64,000 nt of DNA from Chloroflexota bacterium (GTDB lineage Bacteria > Chloroflexota > UBA11872 > VXNJ01), in contig JAPOWW010000007.1 in the NCBI GenBank assembly GCA_026707405.1, forward strand, positions 83,749-147,748, read 5' to 3'. The position numbers were made by a program, and so were the translations under genes. Of this stretch, positions 19,001-29,514 are shown in pieces. The stretch's first letter is position 1; every line of letters begins with the position of its first letter. The notes under the pieces were generated by a model. The model searched no databases. It saw only the letters and a program-made list of their open reading frames with translations, and was not told the DNA's origin.

Positions 19001-19945
19001 TCAGAACCCCGCTTTGAGATCGACGACGTTCAGTAGACGTTCGCCCGCCTGATAGCGGCGCAGGTTCTCCACGAACAGCTCGATCATGCGCTCGATCCGC
19101 CGTGGACTCATGCCCCCGACGTGCGGCGTTATCAGCACGTCGTCGCGACTCCAGATCGGATGGTCCGCCTCCAGCGGCTCGCCTTCGATCACGTCCAGAC
19201 CGACCCCGAAGAACTTCCCTGAGTCGATAGCGTCGATCAGAGCTTCGGTATCCACCGGTCCCCCGCGCGAGACGTTTAGGAAAATCGATCCATCCTTCAT
19301 CTGTGCGAACCGCTGGGCGTTCATCATGTGGTGGCTCTTCGGCGTATCCGGAGCCGTCATGCACACCACGTCCGAGCTTGTTAGCAGCCAGCCAAGCTCG
19401 TCGATCCCCCGCAGCTCATCCACGCAATCCGGCTTCGACGCCGGGTTTACATCCACCCCTATGACCCGCATTCCGAGTCCGTGGGCGCGTTCCGCGAAGG
19501 CCCGTCCGATGCCCCCCATCGCGATAACCCCGACCGTCTTTTCGAACAGCTCGAAGATCTCCGGCGGCCTCACCCACTCTCCCTTGACCCGGTTGCGGGT
19601 CGTCGAGTCAACGCGTCTCGCCACCCCCGACAAGAGCGCGATCGCCGTCTCGGCCACCGGGATGGCGTGGATCCCCGCCGCATTCGTTACCGTGCAGCCC
19701 CTCCTCGCAAGCGCCTCTTTCGGCATCCATTCGACGCCCGCCGAAGACACCTGCACCCACTTGAGCCGCTCGGCGGCGTCCACCAGGTCCTCACCGAAGT
19801 GACCGGGGAAAAGCACTTCCGCGTCACCGACCTCACCAAGCAACGCGTTATCGTCCGGCGCCTCGACTATCTCCGCCTCTGGCGCCGCTTCCTGCACCGA
19901 ATCCAAATAGCCTTCGACATGCGTCGTCAACGCGACTATCTTCAT
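19001..19945 (-). CDS. D-isomer-specific 2-hydroxyacid dehydrogenase (NAD-binding)
   Basis: Shows the GxGxxG Rossmann motif (VGVIAMGGIGRAFA) and the catalytic R/E/H arrangement typical of the PGDH/GyaR family. Confidence 0.85.
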   Translation of the reverse strand: MKIVALTTHVEGYLDSVQEAAPEAEIVEAPDDNALLGEVGDAEVLFPGHFGEDLVDAAERLKWVQVSSAGVEWMPKEALARRGCTVTNAAGIHAIPVAETAIALLSGVARRVDSTTRNRVKGEWVRPPEIFELFEKTVGVIAMGGIGRAFAERAHGLGMRVIGVDVNPASKPDCVDELRGIDELGWLLTSSDVVCMTAPDTPKSHHMMNAQRFAQMKDGSIFLNVSRGGPVDTEALIDAIDSGKFFGVGLDVIEGEPLEADHPIWSRDDVLITPHVGGMSPRRIERMIELFVENLRRYQAGERLLNVVDLKAGF

Positions 19946-20401
19946 ACTCCGGTCCCCTAATGTGTGCGATTCAATCTTGCTCGGGAATGAGCAAAGTCTA
20001 ACTCAGCACCCGAGACATAAAGTCCGCTCCACAGATCGATTCGGACATCCAATATCGCCCCCAATCCGTAACGGGCCAAGGTCTCAACCGTTCCTATCAA
20101 CGACACCGCCGGAAGACCCCCAGGTCAGCCAGCAATGAGCGCCAAAGCCCCGTATCGTTTGGCTGCAGTTGGCTTACCGGCCTCGCCTTTGCGGCTTTGG
20201 AGGCATTCGTCATAGCCTTCAAGGGATTCACGGAGCTTCCTGGCGGCGACAGGTTCGACAAGCTACAAAAACAAACTACGCCCTCAGATCCCGGGTTCGG
20301 AAAATGCACGAGGAAACAACACCAATAGTCGCAGTGCAAGACAGGAGCAACCCATTGAACTCCACTCTCGCGCGACACGAACTCGAACGGTATCTCGCCC
20401 C

Positions 20402-21457
20402 ATGACTGACACGGCGCAATCCGCTGAACGCCACCGCACCGACGAGCCGGGTTTGACGATTCTCGTAACCGGCGCCGCCGGTTTCATCGGCTCCAACTTC
20501 GTCCGAGCCGTTCGGCGCGACCGCCCCGAATGGCAGGTGCGCGTGCTCGACTGTCTCACCTACGCCGGTGACCGGCGGCGCTTGGCCGGAGTCGACGTGG
20601 ACTTCATCGAAGGGGATATCGCCGACCCCGAAGCCGCCCGCGGAGCGGTCGACGGCGCAAGCTTGGTCGTCAACTTCGCCGCCGAATCGCACGTGGACCG
20701 GTCCCTGCTCGACGCCTCCGACTTCATGCGCACCAACGTCGCCGGCGCCTACACCATCATGCGGGCCGCCGTTGACGCCGGCGTGGAGAAGTTCGTGCAG
20801 GTGAGCACCGACGAGGTCTACGGCGAGTCACGGGGCCGCGCCTTCACCGAGCGTGACCTGCTCAACCCGCGTAGCCCCTATTCGGCCAGCAAAGCTGGCG
20901 GCGAGATGCAGGCGTTCGCCGTCGGCGTCAGCTTCGGTCTCCCGGTATGCGTCACCCGTGGCGTCAACACCGTAGGCCCGTGGCAGCACCCCGAAAAGGC
21001 CGTCCCGCTGTTCACGATCAACGCCCTTCGCGACCGCCCCCTGCCCGTCTACGGACGCGGTGAGCAGCGGCGCGACCGCCTCCACGTCCAGGACCACTGC
21101 TCCGCCATCTTCACCGTCCTGGAACGCGGCCAACCCGGAGAGGTGTACAACATTTCCGCCGGCAACAATCGCGACAATCTCACCGTCGCCCGCGCCATCT
21201 GCGCCCGCCTCGGCAAGCCCGAGTCGCTCATCCAGTTCGTCCAGGACCGCCCCGGCCACGACTGGGACTACATTCTCGACTCGACCAGGCTGCGCGAGCT
21301 CGGTTGGGCGCCCCGATACGACTTCCAGACCACTCTCGACTCAACCGTCGACTGGTACGCCGCCAACGAGGGCTGGTGGGGACCGCTGGTCGAGGGCGAG
21401 TTCAGGGAGTACTACGCAACCCAGTACGGCGACCGCCTGCGCAAGTCTCCGCCCTAG
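20402..21457 (+). CDS. rfbB: dTDP-glucose 4,6-dehydratase
   Basis: Carries the extended-SDR motifs ILVTGAAGFIGSNF and the catalytic YxxxK (YSASKAGGE). Confidence 0.88.
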   Translation: MTDTAQSAERHRTDEPGLTILVTGAAGFIGSNFVRAVRRDRPEWQVRVLDCLTYAGDRRRLAGVDVDFIEGDIADPEAARGAVDGASLVVNFAAESHVDRSLLDASDFMRTNVAGAYTIMRAAVDAGVEKFVQVSTDEVYGESRGRAFTERDLLNPRSPYSASKAGGEMQAFAVGVSFGLPVCVTRGVNTVGPWQHPEKAVPLFTINALRDRPLPVYGRGEQRRDRLHVQDHCSAIFTVLERGQPGEVYNISAGNNRDNLTVARAICARLGKPESLIQFVQDRPGHDWDYILDSTRLRELGWAPRYDFQTTLDSTVDWYAANEGWWGPLVEGEFREYYATQYGDRLRKSPP

Positions 21458-21516
21458 TCCTCAAAGGGCCGGGGCCATTCACGGACCGCTTCTGACCGCC
21501 CTTTCGGCGGCCCGTC

Positions 21517-22335
21517 TTACATCCCGAATATCAGGTCCAGCGCGTGCGAAGTCGCCCTGATCCCCTCGTCCGGGTCGCCCGGCAGCGGCGAAAGTTCACA
21601 AGTGATCCATCCGTCGTAGCCGATCTCCCGAAACGCGTCCATCACCTGCGCCCAGGGCACGTCGCCGTGAAGCAGGTGCGTAAATCCCTGAATGTTCCCT
21701 ATGCCCGTCTTGAAGTCCTTTACGTGGACCCTGTAGATGCGGTCGCCCAGAATCCGTATCCAGTGCTGCGGATACGTCCATACCAGCACGTTGCCGACGT
21801 CGAAATACGCGCGCACGAACTCGTTGTCGAAAGAGTCGATGAAGTCCCGCAGGCCCAGCGGTTCGATGAACGATCCCCCGAACTTGGGCCACACCGGCTC
21901 TATGCACAAACGCACGCCCGTCCGCTCCGCGATCGGCAGGATTTCCGTCACCACGCTCCGCGCGATGTCGATCGCCTGGTCATGGCGGATCTCTTCCGTA
22001 ACGTGCCCCAGCACCATCAGCACCGCGTCGCTGCCAAGCTCGCTGACCGCGTTAAGAAACCACTCGACCGTTTCGATAGCCTTCGAGCGCACGCCCGAGT
22101 CGGCGCTGCTCAGGTCGGTCCCCGTACCGCCGCCCCGCCCCGCCGAAATGGTCAGTCCGTGCGACTCTACCAGGTTCCGCAGCTTGGCGATATCCGACGA
22201 ACTGCTACCCACGGGCAGCGTGCCGTCGCCGATATTCATCTCGATACCGGTAAATCCCGCCCCAGCCAGCGCCGCCAAACGGCGCTCCAGCGCCCAGTCA
22301 GCCGGAAACAGACCTTCGTCGCTAGATTTCTTCAT
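21517..22335 (-). CDS. sugar phosphate isomerase/epimerase (xylose-isomerase-like TIM barrel)
   Basis: 272 aa of the AP-endonuclease-2/xylose isomerase-like family (FTGIEMNIG..., HVKDF). Confidence 0.72.
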   Translation of the reverse strand: MKKSSDEGLFPADWALERRLAALAGAGFTGIEMNIGDGTLPVGSSSSDIAKLRNLVESHGLTISAGRGGGTGTDLSSADSGVRSKAIETVEWFLNAVSELGSDAVLMVLGHVTEEIRHDQAIDIARSVVTEILPIAERTGVRLCIEPVWPKFGGSFIEPLGLRDFIDSFDNEFVRAYFDVGNVLVWTYPQHWIRILGDRIYRVHVKDFKTGIGNIQGFTHLLHGDVPWAQVMDAFREIGYDGWITCELSPLPGDPDEGIRATSHALDLIFGM

Positions 22336-22559
22336 GCTCCACCTCGAGCTTCCTTTTCGGATTCAGAACGTTCACAGTAGCACCTATCCCACTGTCCCGA
22401 CGAATCGCACAGAGCGCCATCATGTGGCGGCACTTCGTATAAGCGGACACCCGGCCAAGACAGCTGGCGCTGCCTTGGCCTGCGGCGTTTATCGAGAAGC
22501 CGGTTCCAAGGCGACCAGACTGATTGGGCAGCTCGGCAATATACCGAGAGCAAGCCCCC

Positions 22560-22919
22560 CTACAGCCGCTCGAAACGCTCCACGTCGAAGACGAACACCG
22601 TCGCGCCGCCCACCTGGACTTCAACCGGATACGGCATGTAGAACTCCCCCGGCTCCATGATCGGCGGAAGCGGATTCACGTACTGCGTTCGTGTAACGCA
22701 GTTTCTGCGGATGATCGAGAGCAGCTGCCCCAGTCGGTCCTCTTCGACGCCGAGCAGAAACGATACGTTGCCCTGCCTCAAAAGCCCTCCCGCCGTATTG
22801 ATACGGGTAAGCCGGTACTTCTCCGCGATGAGCGATTCCGAAAGCACGTCCGCGTCTTCGTCCTGCACGATCGCGATAACCAGCTTGATCGCGGTGTCCT
22901 CGCCGTTACCGGCGGTCAT
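22560..22919 (-). CDS. darA: PII-like c-di-AMP receptor DarA (YaaQ, DUF970)
   Basis: Strong match to B. subtilis DarA (IAIVQDEDADVLSESLIAEKYRLTRINTAGGLLRQGNVSFLLGV...PYPVEVQVGGATVFVFDVERFERL). It lies directly downstream of tmk, as in Firmicutes. Confidence 0.78.
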   Translation of the reverse strand: MTAGNGEDTAIKLVIAIVQDEDADVLSESLIAEKYRLTRINTAGGLLRQGNVSFLLGVEEDRLGQLLSIIRRNCVTRTQYVNPLPPIMEPGEFYMPYPVEVQVGGATVFVFDVERFERL

Positions 22920-22955
22920 GGGGCAGTCCGTGGTTCGACGCGCATAACCTTCCGT

Positions 22956-23657
22956 TCAGATAAGCCTTCCTGTGCTTGCGCTCGTGGGGACTATGGACCT
23001 CGCCTCAAGCTCTTTAGTTACCCGGCGCGAGATTTCATCCCCGATTTCGTCCGCGCAGCCCGTTCCGTCGATTACCAGCCAACGATCCGGAGACTCGCTA
23101 GCCATCTGCCGAAACTGCTCGCGTGCCCGCTCCTGGTACTCCACGCCGCGAAGCTCCATCTTATTCGTTTCGGATCCTCCGGCGCCGCCGAGCCCTAGTT
23201 TTCTGCACAGCCCCTCGGAGGGATCGATATCCAGCAGTATCACGAGGTCAGCGTCGAGACCGTCGGTCGAAAACTTGTTGAGCCCATTGAGGTCCCCGAC
23301 GTTCAATCCGGAGCCGCCACCCTGATAGGCGACCGTCGAGTATTTGAACCGGTCGCAAACTACCACGCAGCCCGCCTCCAAGGCTGGCCGAATCACCTTC
23401 TCAACATGCTGACTCCGGGCGGCCGAAAGCAGCAGCGCTTCGACACGCGGAGATATCTCGTGAGTCGTATCGTGAAGCACGACCTCTCTTATCAAATCGG
23501 CCAATGCGGTTCCGCCAGGCTCGCGCGTCCATTTGGCTTCGTAATTCAACTTCTCCAGGTGCGCGAACAGCCGGCCACTTTGCGTCGTCTTCCCCCCGCC
23601 GTCCGGCCCTTCGAACACCACGAAGAATCCGGGCTGTGAATTAGCCCCCGGCTTCAA
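22956..23657 (-). CDS. tmk: thymidylate kinase
   Basis: Has the P-loop FVVFEGPDGGGKTTQ, and TREPGGT (DRY-equivalent region) and lid motifs. Confidence 0.85.
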   Translation of the reverse strand: MKPGANSQPGFFVVFEGPDGGGKTTQSGRLFAHLEKLNYEAKWTREPGGTALADLIREVVLHDTTHEISPRVEALLLSAARSQHVEKVIRPALEAGCVVVCDRFKYSTVAYQGGGSGLNVGDLNGLNKFSTDGLDADLVILLDIDPSEGLCRKLGLGGAGGSETNKMELRGVEYQERAREQFRQMASESPDRWLVIDGTGCADEIGDEISRRVTKELEARSIVPTSASTGRLI

Positions 23658-25084
23658 GACCGTCTCCGCCAGGGTAAGCGCTTGGAAAGATGCACTCTGC
23701 GCTTCGGGCCGCTCCCAAAGCTCCTTGAGTTCAGGTTATAGCGCTCGGCGATCTGATGCTGCAAACGGCGCGTAAACGAGTCCGCGGGCCATAGCTCGGC
23801 CGTCTCGGATGTCTCCAGCACTTGCCGCGCCGCCGCCTCGGCCTCGGCTATTGGATCGCTCGGCGCCACCGCTGCGTGCATCTCGAAGACGCTCGCCAGG
23901 CAAGTCTCCAATTGAGCCACCGAGTTGTTGCGCAAAACGTACACCGGCACGTTGCGCTCCTCGGCCTCGCGAAGCTGCGAGGGGCGCTTGCGGTAGTAGC
24001 TGCGTAGCGTGAGCATCACGTCTACGTTGTCCAGCCCGTCGACTATCTCGGCATCGAGCCGCAAAGACTTTAGAGCCTGTAACAGGCGTTTGCGGTTGAT
24101 TCCAAAGGGATATATCCGCATTGGACCTGAGCGCACGTCCGGCGGCGTGGACGGACCGAGCGAGGTGAGCGTTTCCGGCTCCTCGACGTCCGAATACTCC
24201 AGCTCCACCTGTATCTTTCCGTCCTTGTGGGTCCTTACCTCCGTCAGAACGCTTTCACGTCTGAGCAGCGAGTCCACCGAAGCCGCAACGTCCTGATGCA
24301 CAACGATTCGGTCGCGGTCCTTGATTTCAACCAGAACGTCGAACGTCGGCGCCGCTCGGCGCTCGAGAATCGACTTCTGCGTACCCCTGCGCCTGGCCTC
24401 GTCGTCGCCCAGAGTCACCGATTCGACACCCCCGACCAGATCGCACAGAGTCGGATTCGAGAGCAGGTTGTCCAGAGTATTCCCGTGTGCGGTACCCACG
24501 AGCTGGACGCCGCGCTCGGCGATGGTGCGAGCCGCCGCTGCCTCCAGCTCCGTGCCGATTTCGTCGATGATTACCGTCTCCGGCATGTGGTTTTCCACCG
24601 CCTCGATCATCACGCAGTGCTGAAGATGCGGCGACGCGACTTGCATTCGCCGCGACCGGCCAATGCCTTGGTGCGGAATGTCGCCGTCGCCCGCGATTTC
24701 GTTGGACGTATCGACAACGATGACCCGCTTGCTCAGGTCTTCCGCAACCACCCGCGCAACCTCGCGAAGCATTGTCGTCTTGCCGATGCCGGGCCTTCCC
24801 AGAAGCAGGATGCTCTTCTCCGACTCGACCAGGTCGCGAATAATCTCGACGCGGCCATAGATCGCCCGCCCCCGGCGGCAGGTGAGACCGACCACGTTCC
24901 CCGATCTGTTGCGAATAGCCGAGATACGGTGGAGCGTGCGGGCAATGCCGGCGCGGTTGTCGTCGCTGAACTCCCCAACCGCCTCCACGACCATGTCGAG
25001 CGTTTGATAGTCGACCTCCCACATCCCCAGTTCGATCTCGCCCGAGGGGAACCGGGCCACGGGACGACGCCCCAAATCGAGCAC
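23654..25084 (-). CDS. SpoIIIAA/Ycf45-like P-loop ATPase with C-terminal nucleic-acid-binding (R3H-like) region
   Basis: Walker A LLLGRPGIGKTT and Walker B VIIIDEIGT plus TAHGNTLDNLL are typical of the SpoIIIAA/Ycf45 family. The stop overlaps the tmk start by 4 nt. Confidence 0.5.
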   Translation of the reverse strand: MLDLGRRPVARFPSGEIELGMWEVDYQTLDMVVEAVGEFSDDNRAGIARTLHRISAIRNRSGNVVGLTCRRGRAIYGRVEIIRDLVESEKSILLLGRPGIGKTTMLREVARVVAEDLSKRVIVVDTSNEIAGDGDIPHQGIGRSRRMQVASPHLQHCVMIEAVENHMPETVIIDEIGTELEAAAARTIAERGVQLVGTAHGNTLDNLLSNPTLCDLVGGVESVTLGDDEARRRGTQKSILERRAAPTFDVLVEIKDRDRIVVHQDVAASVDSLLRRESVLTEVRTHKDGKIQVELEYSDVEEPETLTSLGPSTPPDVRSGPMRIYPFGINRKRLLQALKSLRLDAEIVDGLDNVDVMLTLRSYYRKRPSQLREAEERNVPVYVLRNNSVAQLETCLASVFEMHAAVAPSDPIAEAEAAARQVLETSETAELWPADSFTRRLQHQIAERYNLNSRSFGSGPKRRVHLSKRLPWRRRS

Positions 25085-25243
25085 GATCTCGATCAGGTCT
25101 TCGCTGTCAGGCTGTCCTCGGATTGACTCGGCGACCGCGTCGGGCAGGACTCCCAGCAGCGCGTCGAGCTCGGCTGCGTCGGTCTCGGCGACGTGGTGGG
25201 TTGATTCGATGGGAGCGGCTTTCAGAGACGGCCTACCTGGCGC

Positions 25244-26236
25244 TCAATTCGGAACCCGCCGCCGTCCCAACGCCGGGGCCTTTACCTTGTCCGCAAAGCG
25301 AATCCCCAGGTTTCGGACCATTAAGATTCTCGCGTATATGGCTTTGAAGCCGCTTTGCTCCAGCGCGGCGATGGCGCCGCTTTCATAATCCCGCACAGAG
25401 GTTACTACGGCCTTGCCGGGATAGTCGCTTAGACAATTCAGCGCGAAGTCCACAAGCCGTGGGACCACGTCTTGTTTCCCCGGCTGCACCATCAGCGAGA
25501 AGCGATACGGCTCGTCATGCCCCCGATCGATTCGCAGCCAGCCAATGATTCCGTGCTTGTCCTCCATAACGAAGCTGTCCGATTCGGGGTCTCCCCGGAC
25601 ACCGGCAAATCGACGGCGCGGCTGCTCCCACGTCCTGCTCGTCAGGTTTTCCGCGGTCTGCACCGAAGCCGGAGTACAAGCCCGGTAAAGCTGCTGCACG
25701 CTCCACGCATCCGGTCCCACCTGGCGGCGAAGATTCGCAAGCCTGTCCGGCTTGGGAGCGTCCGCCGAAGGCCGCGTGTACGTGTGTTCGCGTACGATGA
25801 TCGTGAACCCCAAATTATGAAAAACCTCGAGATGTGCGCACTCTTCGGGAATTCGAGCGAACACGCTCACCATCCCGGACTCAACAGCGTCCCGGCATAT
25901 AACCTGGACCAGGTCCGACACGATTCGCGTTTCGTCTTCAGGTCGCGGAACCTGGCCGTTCAAGCTCGAGCCGTTGCGCGCCCGAACCAGCAACCATGCC
26001 AGATCGAGCTGGTCCGATTCGCGGCGAGGCCGCGCCAGGGCGAGCCCCAGTCTGTCGCTGTCCGCGGCGATGTAAGGCTGATACCTCGCCGATACCACCG
26101 GCAGCGCCGATGCCGCCGCGATCAAACCGGGCATCAGACTTCCGGACGGAGGCACGATCCCGACGACGCTGTTGCGCGAGAGCACGAACGATCTGATTAC
26201 GCTCGGAACATCCCAAATTCGCGACTTTCTAGCCAT
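25244..26236 (-). CDS. tandem GNAT-like acetyltransferase-fold protein (function unknown)
   Basis: Two GNAT-like halves with a weak motif A (VQPGKQDVVPRLV). Assignment is by fold-level resemblance only. Confidence 0.35.
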   Translation of the reverse strand: MARKSRIWDVPSVIRSFVLSRNSVVGIVPPSGSLMPGLIAAASALPVVSARYQPYIAADSDRLGLALARPRRESDQLDLAWLLVRARNGSSLNGQVPRPEDETRIVSDLVQVICRDAVESGMVSVFARIPEECAHLEVFHNLGFTIIVREHTYTRPSADAPKPDRLANLRRQVGPDAWSVQQLYRACTPASVQTAENLTSRTWEQPRRRFAGVRGDPESDSFVMEDKHGIIGWLRIDRGHDEPYRFSLMVQPGKQDVVPRLVDFALNCLSDYPGKAVVTSVRDYESGAIAALEQSGFKAIYARILMVRNLGIRFADKVKAPALGRRRVPN

Positions 26237-26263
26237 GTGACCCGTTGCGAGCGGCGACCGGCA

Positions 26264-26836
26264 TCAACCGATCTTGTCCACGAAATACTCGTGAAAACGG
26301 GGATCGTCGGTCAGTTCCGGGTGAAAGGCGGTAGCCAGCAGATTATCCTGTTCCGCCGCTACGATTCGCCCATCCTTCAGCTTGGACAGTACGTCCACGC
26401 TCGCTCCGACGCTCTCGATTACCGGGGCGCGTATGAACACGGCGTGAAACAGCCCGTCGTCAAACACGCTTATCGGCAAATCGGTCTCGAAACTGTCGAG
26501 CTGCGCGCCGAACGCGTTGCGCTCCACAGTTATATCCATCAATTGCAGCATTGACTGGCGGTGCGCGCCCAGGTCTTTCGCCATGAAAATCATGCCCGCG
26601 CACGTGCCCCACAGAGGCATCCCCGCGAGAGTTCGCTCGCGAATCGCTTCGGTAAGCCCGAATCGATCGGAAAGCTTGCCGATAGTGGTGCTTTCACCGC
26701 CCGGAATGATTAGAGCGTCAACTTTCCCCAAGTCTTCCGGAAGGCGGACCTCGCGACACGGTTGGCCGAGCCGGCGCAATACGTGAACGTGCTCGGTAAA
26801 GTCTCCCTGAACCGCGAGAACGCCCGTTGAACCCAT
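26264..26836 (-). CDS. pdxT: pyridoxal 5'-phosphate synthase glutaminase subunit
   Basis: A class I glutamine amidotransferase with a catalytic Cys (GTCAGMIF). It is adjacent to pdxS. Confidence 0.9.
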   Translation of the reverse strand: MGSTGVLAVQGDFTEHVHVLRRLGQPCREVRLPEDLGKVDALIIPGGESTTIGKLSDRFGLTEAIRERTLAGMPLWGTCAGMIFMAKDLGAHRQSMLQLMDITVERNAFGAQLDSFETDLPISVFDDGLFHAVFIRAPVIESVGASVDVLSKLKDGRIVAAEQDNLLATAFHPELTDDPRFHEYFVDKIG

Positions 26837-26870
26837 AGAGACTACGACCGCTCCTTGAGGACCGGCGGAG

Positions 26871-27767
26871 TTACCAACCTCGCTTTGCCAGCAGCTCCTC
26901 CGCGGCCATCTGCTCGACGGCGATTCCCCGCATTGGCTCCCCCAGCCCGCGTGAAATCTGCGCCAGCATGTCGTCGTTCTGATAGTGAGTGACGGCTTCG
27001 ACGATGGCCTTGCCTCGTATCTCCGGATCGTCCGATTTGAATATCCCCGATCCTACGAAAACGCCCTCCGCTCCCAAGTGCATCATCAGGGCCGCGTCCG
27101 CGGGCGTCGCCACGCCTCCCGCTGCGAAGTTGACGACCGGCAGCCTGCCCAGCCGGTGCACCTCCTTGAGCAGCTCGTATGGCGCCTGTAGCTGCTTGGC
27201 TTCGGCCATGATCTCGTCGTCCGACAACGCCGTCACCCTCCGTATTTGCGACATGATCTTCCGCATGTGGGTGACCGCTTCGACGATGTCGCCCGTGCCG
27301 GCCTCGCCTTTCGTTCGAATCATCGCAGCGCCTTCGCCAATGCGGCGAAGCGCCTCGCCCAGATCGCGCGCCCCGCAAACGAACGGGATCTTGAACTCAT
27401 GCTTGTTGACGTGATTTGCTACGTCCGCCGGCGTCAGTACTTCTGACTCGTCGATGTAGTCGAGACTCAGCGCCTGAATGATGCGCGCCTCGACGAAATG
27501 GCCGATGCGGCACTTGGCCATCACCGGGATGGTGACCGCTTCCTTGATCTCGACCAGCTTTTCGACGGCCGACATTCGCGCCACGCCGCCGTCCTTCCGA
27601 ATATCGGCCGGAACGCGCTCCAGCGCCATCACCGAGCAGGCGCCCGCATCCTCGGCGATCTTGGCCTGTTCGGCGTTGACCACGTCCATTATGACGCCGC
27701 CCTTGAGCATCTGGGCGAGGCCGGCTTTATGCGTGAATGAATACGTGCCGTTTTCCATAGCAGTCAT
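26871..27767 (-). CDS. pdxS: pyridoxal 5'-phosphate synthase lyase subunit
   Basis: Highly conserved PdxS/SNZ sequence ([21 protein letters not shown]...RMSAVEKL...). Confidence 0.93.
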   Translation of the reverse strand: MTAMENGTYSFTHKAGLAQMLKGGVIMDVVNAEQAKIAEDAGACSVMALERVPADIRKDGGVARMSAVEKLVEIKEAVTIPVMAKCRIGHFVEARIIQALSLDYIDESEVLTPADVANHVNKHEFKIPFVCGARDLGEALRRIGEGAAMIRTKGEAGTGDIVEAVTHMRKIMSQIRRVTALSDDEIMAEAKQLQAPYELLKEVHRLGRLPVVNFAAGGVATPADAALMMHLGAEGVFVGSGIFKSDDPEIRGKAIVEAVTHYQNDDMLAQISRGLGEPMRGIAVEQMAAEELLAKRGW

Positions 27768-27849
27768 GACCCTGCGCGAAATGTTGTACCAGGCTGTTCC
27801 ATTCTACTTCAGCTACGGCGTTACGGCAGACCCTGGCGGCGGGTTGTGT

Positions 27850-28257
27850 CTAGTCATTGGCCCGCGGCCCTCCGCGGATCAGTGTTACAACGCGCCGGAC
27901 CAAGTCGTCCATCTCGAACGGCTTGGTCAGGAAATCGTCCACACCCTCGCGGATCACGTCGGCGGCCTCCTCAAAGTTATACGCCGTCGCCACCAGCACC
28001 GGCGTATCCTCCCAGCCTGGCGTGTGGCGCAGAACCCGCATCACCCGGTATCCCGACACCTCCGGCAGACCCAGATCGAGAATCACGGCATCCGGTGGGG
28101 CGTGATCGAGCCGGGCCAGCGCCGAGACGCCGTCCCGGATTACCTCCACTTCCAGCCCCGCCGACTCCAGGTTCAGGCTCAGCACTTCGGCCATGCCCTC
28201 TTCGTCCTCGATCAGAAGGACGGTGTTTCTTCGATGACAAGAGACGGAACCGGTCAT
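27850..28257 (-). CDS. stand-alone response-regulator receiver domain (CheY-like)
   Basis: The phospho-acceptor Asp context DAVILDLGLP is present with acidic-pocket residues (LLIEDEE). No output domain follows. Confidence 0.8.
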   Translation of the reverse strand: MTGSVSCHRRNTVLLIEDEEGMAEVLSLNLESAGLEVEVIRDGVSALARLDHAPPDAVILDLGLPEVSGYRVMRVLRHTPGWEDTPVLVATAYNFEEAADVIREGVDDFLTKPFEMDDLVRRVVTLIRGGPRAND

Positions 28258-28297
28258 TTATCCAGGCGTCCGCCGCGTTCCACGCGAAATGCACGGC

Positions 28298-29434
28298 TCA
28301 CAAGTCCCTCAACTCACCGTCACGGCGTGGAAGCGTGAACCGAATCTCCGTCCCGGCGCCCGAATCTTCGTTAAGTCCGATATTTCCGCCGTGGGCCTCC
28401 ACCACCTTCTGACAGATATAAAGACCCAGCCCCGATCCCGGCGCGCTGACGCTCTCCGGCCCCCTGTAGAACTTCTCGAAGATCCGCTCTCGAAGCTCGC
28501 TCGGTATACCTATTCCCCGATCCCGGACTGCAATGACAATTTCATTCTTGCGCGCACCTACGGTTATCCGAATCGGCAGGCTCTCGTCGTCCCCGGCGTA
28601 TTTGATGGCGTTTCCCACTAGATTGTTCAGAACGAGTGCTATCTGCTCACCATCTGCGACGATTTCGAAGTTCTTGCCGGTGCAGCGAAATTGGAGCCGC
28701 CCGTGAGCGCTCTCCTCAAGCTCCGATACAACCCGCTCGACAACGGGTCTTATATCGATTTCCTTCAGATGCGGCCTGAATAGACCCGATTCGATTCTCG
28801 ACGCGCTCAGAAAGTTATTGACGATCAGCGTCAGGCGGTCCGCCGCCTCGTTGATCCCTTCACGAAACCGACGCTCCGTACTCGCGTCGAGTTTGACTTC
28901 GGGCTTGAGAAGCGTCGCGATATATCCCTTGATAAGCGCCAGCGGCGTGCGCAACTCGTGCGACACGAGCGAGACGAAGTCGGACTTTACACCCCCGGCC
29001 CCCTTGATTGCGCCGATATCGCGCACGATCGCGGCCGCAAACGGCGGCCCGCCTCCCGGTGACGGCACCAACGAGCAGCTCGCCCCAGCGTCGATCTTCC
29101 TCCCATCGCGATCTAGCAACACCGTCTCCGAGTAAGGGGCGGACTGCCCGTTCTTCATTACGTCTCTGAACGGAACCGCCCCCTCGCTCCCACCGCCGGG
29201 ACGCAGCGCCGGAGCGCGAATGACCTCGTCGCAGTCCTTGCCCACCGCCTCTCCCCGCAGCCATCCGGTGATCTTCTCCATGGCCGGGTTGAAGACGACA
29301 ATCCTCCCCCGAGAATCAACGATCACAATGCCGTCGCTCGCCCCACTGACGAAGTTTTCGAGCGAGACGGCCCGTTCAGCCACCCGCGTTTCGACGCCCG
29401 GTCTAGGCATGATTGGTCCCAATTGCCGCACCAT
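28298..29434 (-). CDS. PAS-domain sensor histidine kinase
   Basis: A PAS region is followed by the HisKA H-box (SHELRTPLALIKGY) and HATPase_c N/G1/G2 boxes. It sits immediately upstream of the receiver gene. Confidence 0.85.
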   Translation of the reverse strand: MVRQLGPIMPRPGVETRVAERAVSLENFVSGASDGIVIVDSRGRIVVFNPAMEKITGWLRGEAVGKDCDEVIRAPALRPGGGSEGAVPFRDVMKNGQSAPYSETVLLDRDGRKIDAGASCSLVPSPGGGPPFAAAIVRDIGAIKGAGGVKSDFVSLVSHELRTPLALIKGYIATLLKPEVKLDASTERRFREGINEAADRLTLIVNNFLSASRIESGLFRPHLKEIDIRPVVERVVSELEESAHGRLQFRCTGKNFEIVADGEQIALVLNNLVGNAIKYAGDDESLPIRITVGARKNEIVIAVRDRGIGIPSELRERIFEKFYRGPESVSAPGSGLGLYICQKVVEAHGGNIGLNEDSGAGTEIRFTLPRRDGELRDL

Positions 29435-29514
29435 GCACGCTACCGGCTCTCCCTGGCATCAGCCCAGCCGCCTTCTCGGAGAACCCGAACCCGCTTGCGC
29501 TTGACCCGACCCCG

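Noticed and set aside
20097-20378. 93-aa ORF in the 456-nt divergent intergenic region between the 2-hydroxyacid dehydrogenase and rfbB
   Set aside because: No motifs or RBS context. The region is more plausibly a divergent promoter region, and no specific regulatory site could be justified from sequence alone.
21544-22660. 278-aa and 307-aa ORFs on the + strand over the sugar-phosphate isomerase gene
   Set aside because: They overlap a well-supported minus-strand CDS. Arg/His/Pro-rich translations.
24227-25126. 299-aa + strand ORF and 231-aa - strand alternate-frame ORF inside the SpoIIIAA-like ATPase gene
   Set aside because: The ATPase frame has Walker A/B motifs. The alternatives are Arg/Gly-rich artefacts.
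25472-26554. 360-aa ORF antisense to the GNAT-like gene and pdxT start
   Set aside because: It spans two genes plus the intergenic spacer on the opposite strand, which is implausible for a real CDS.
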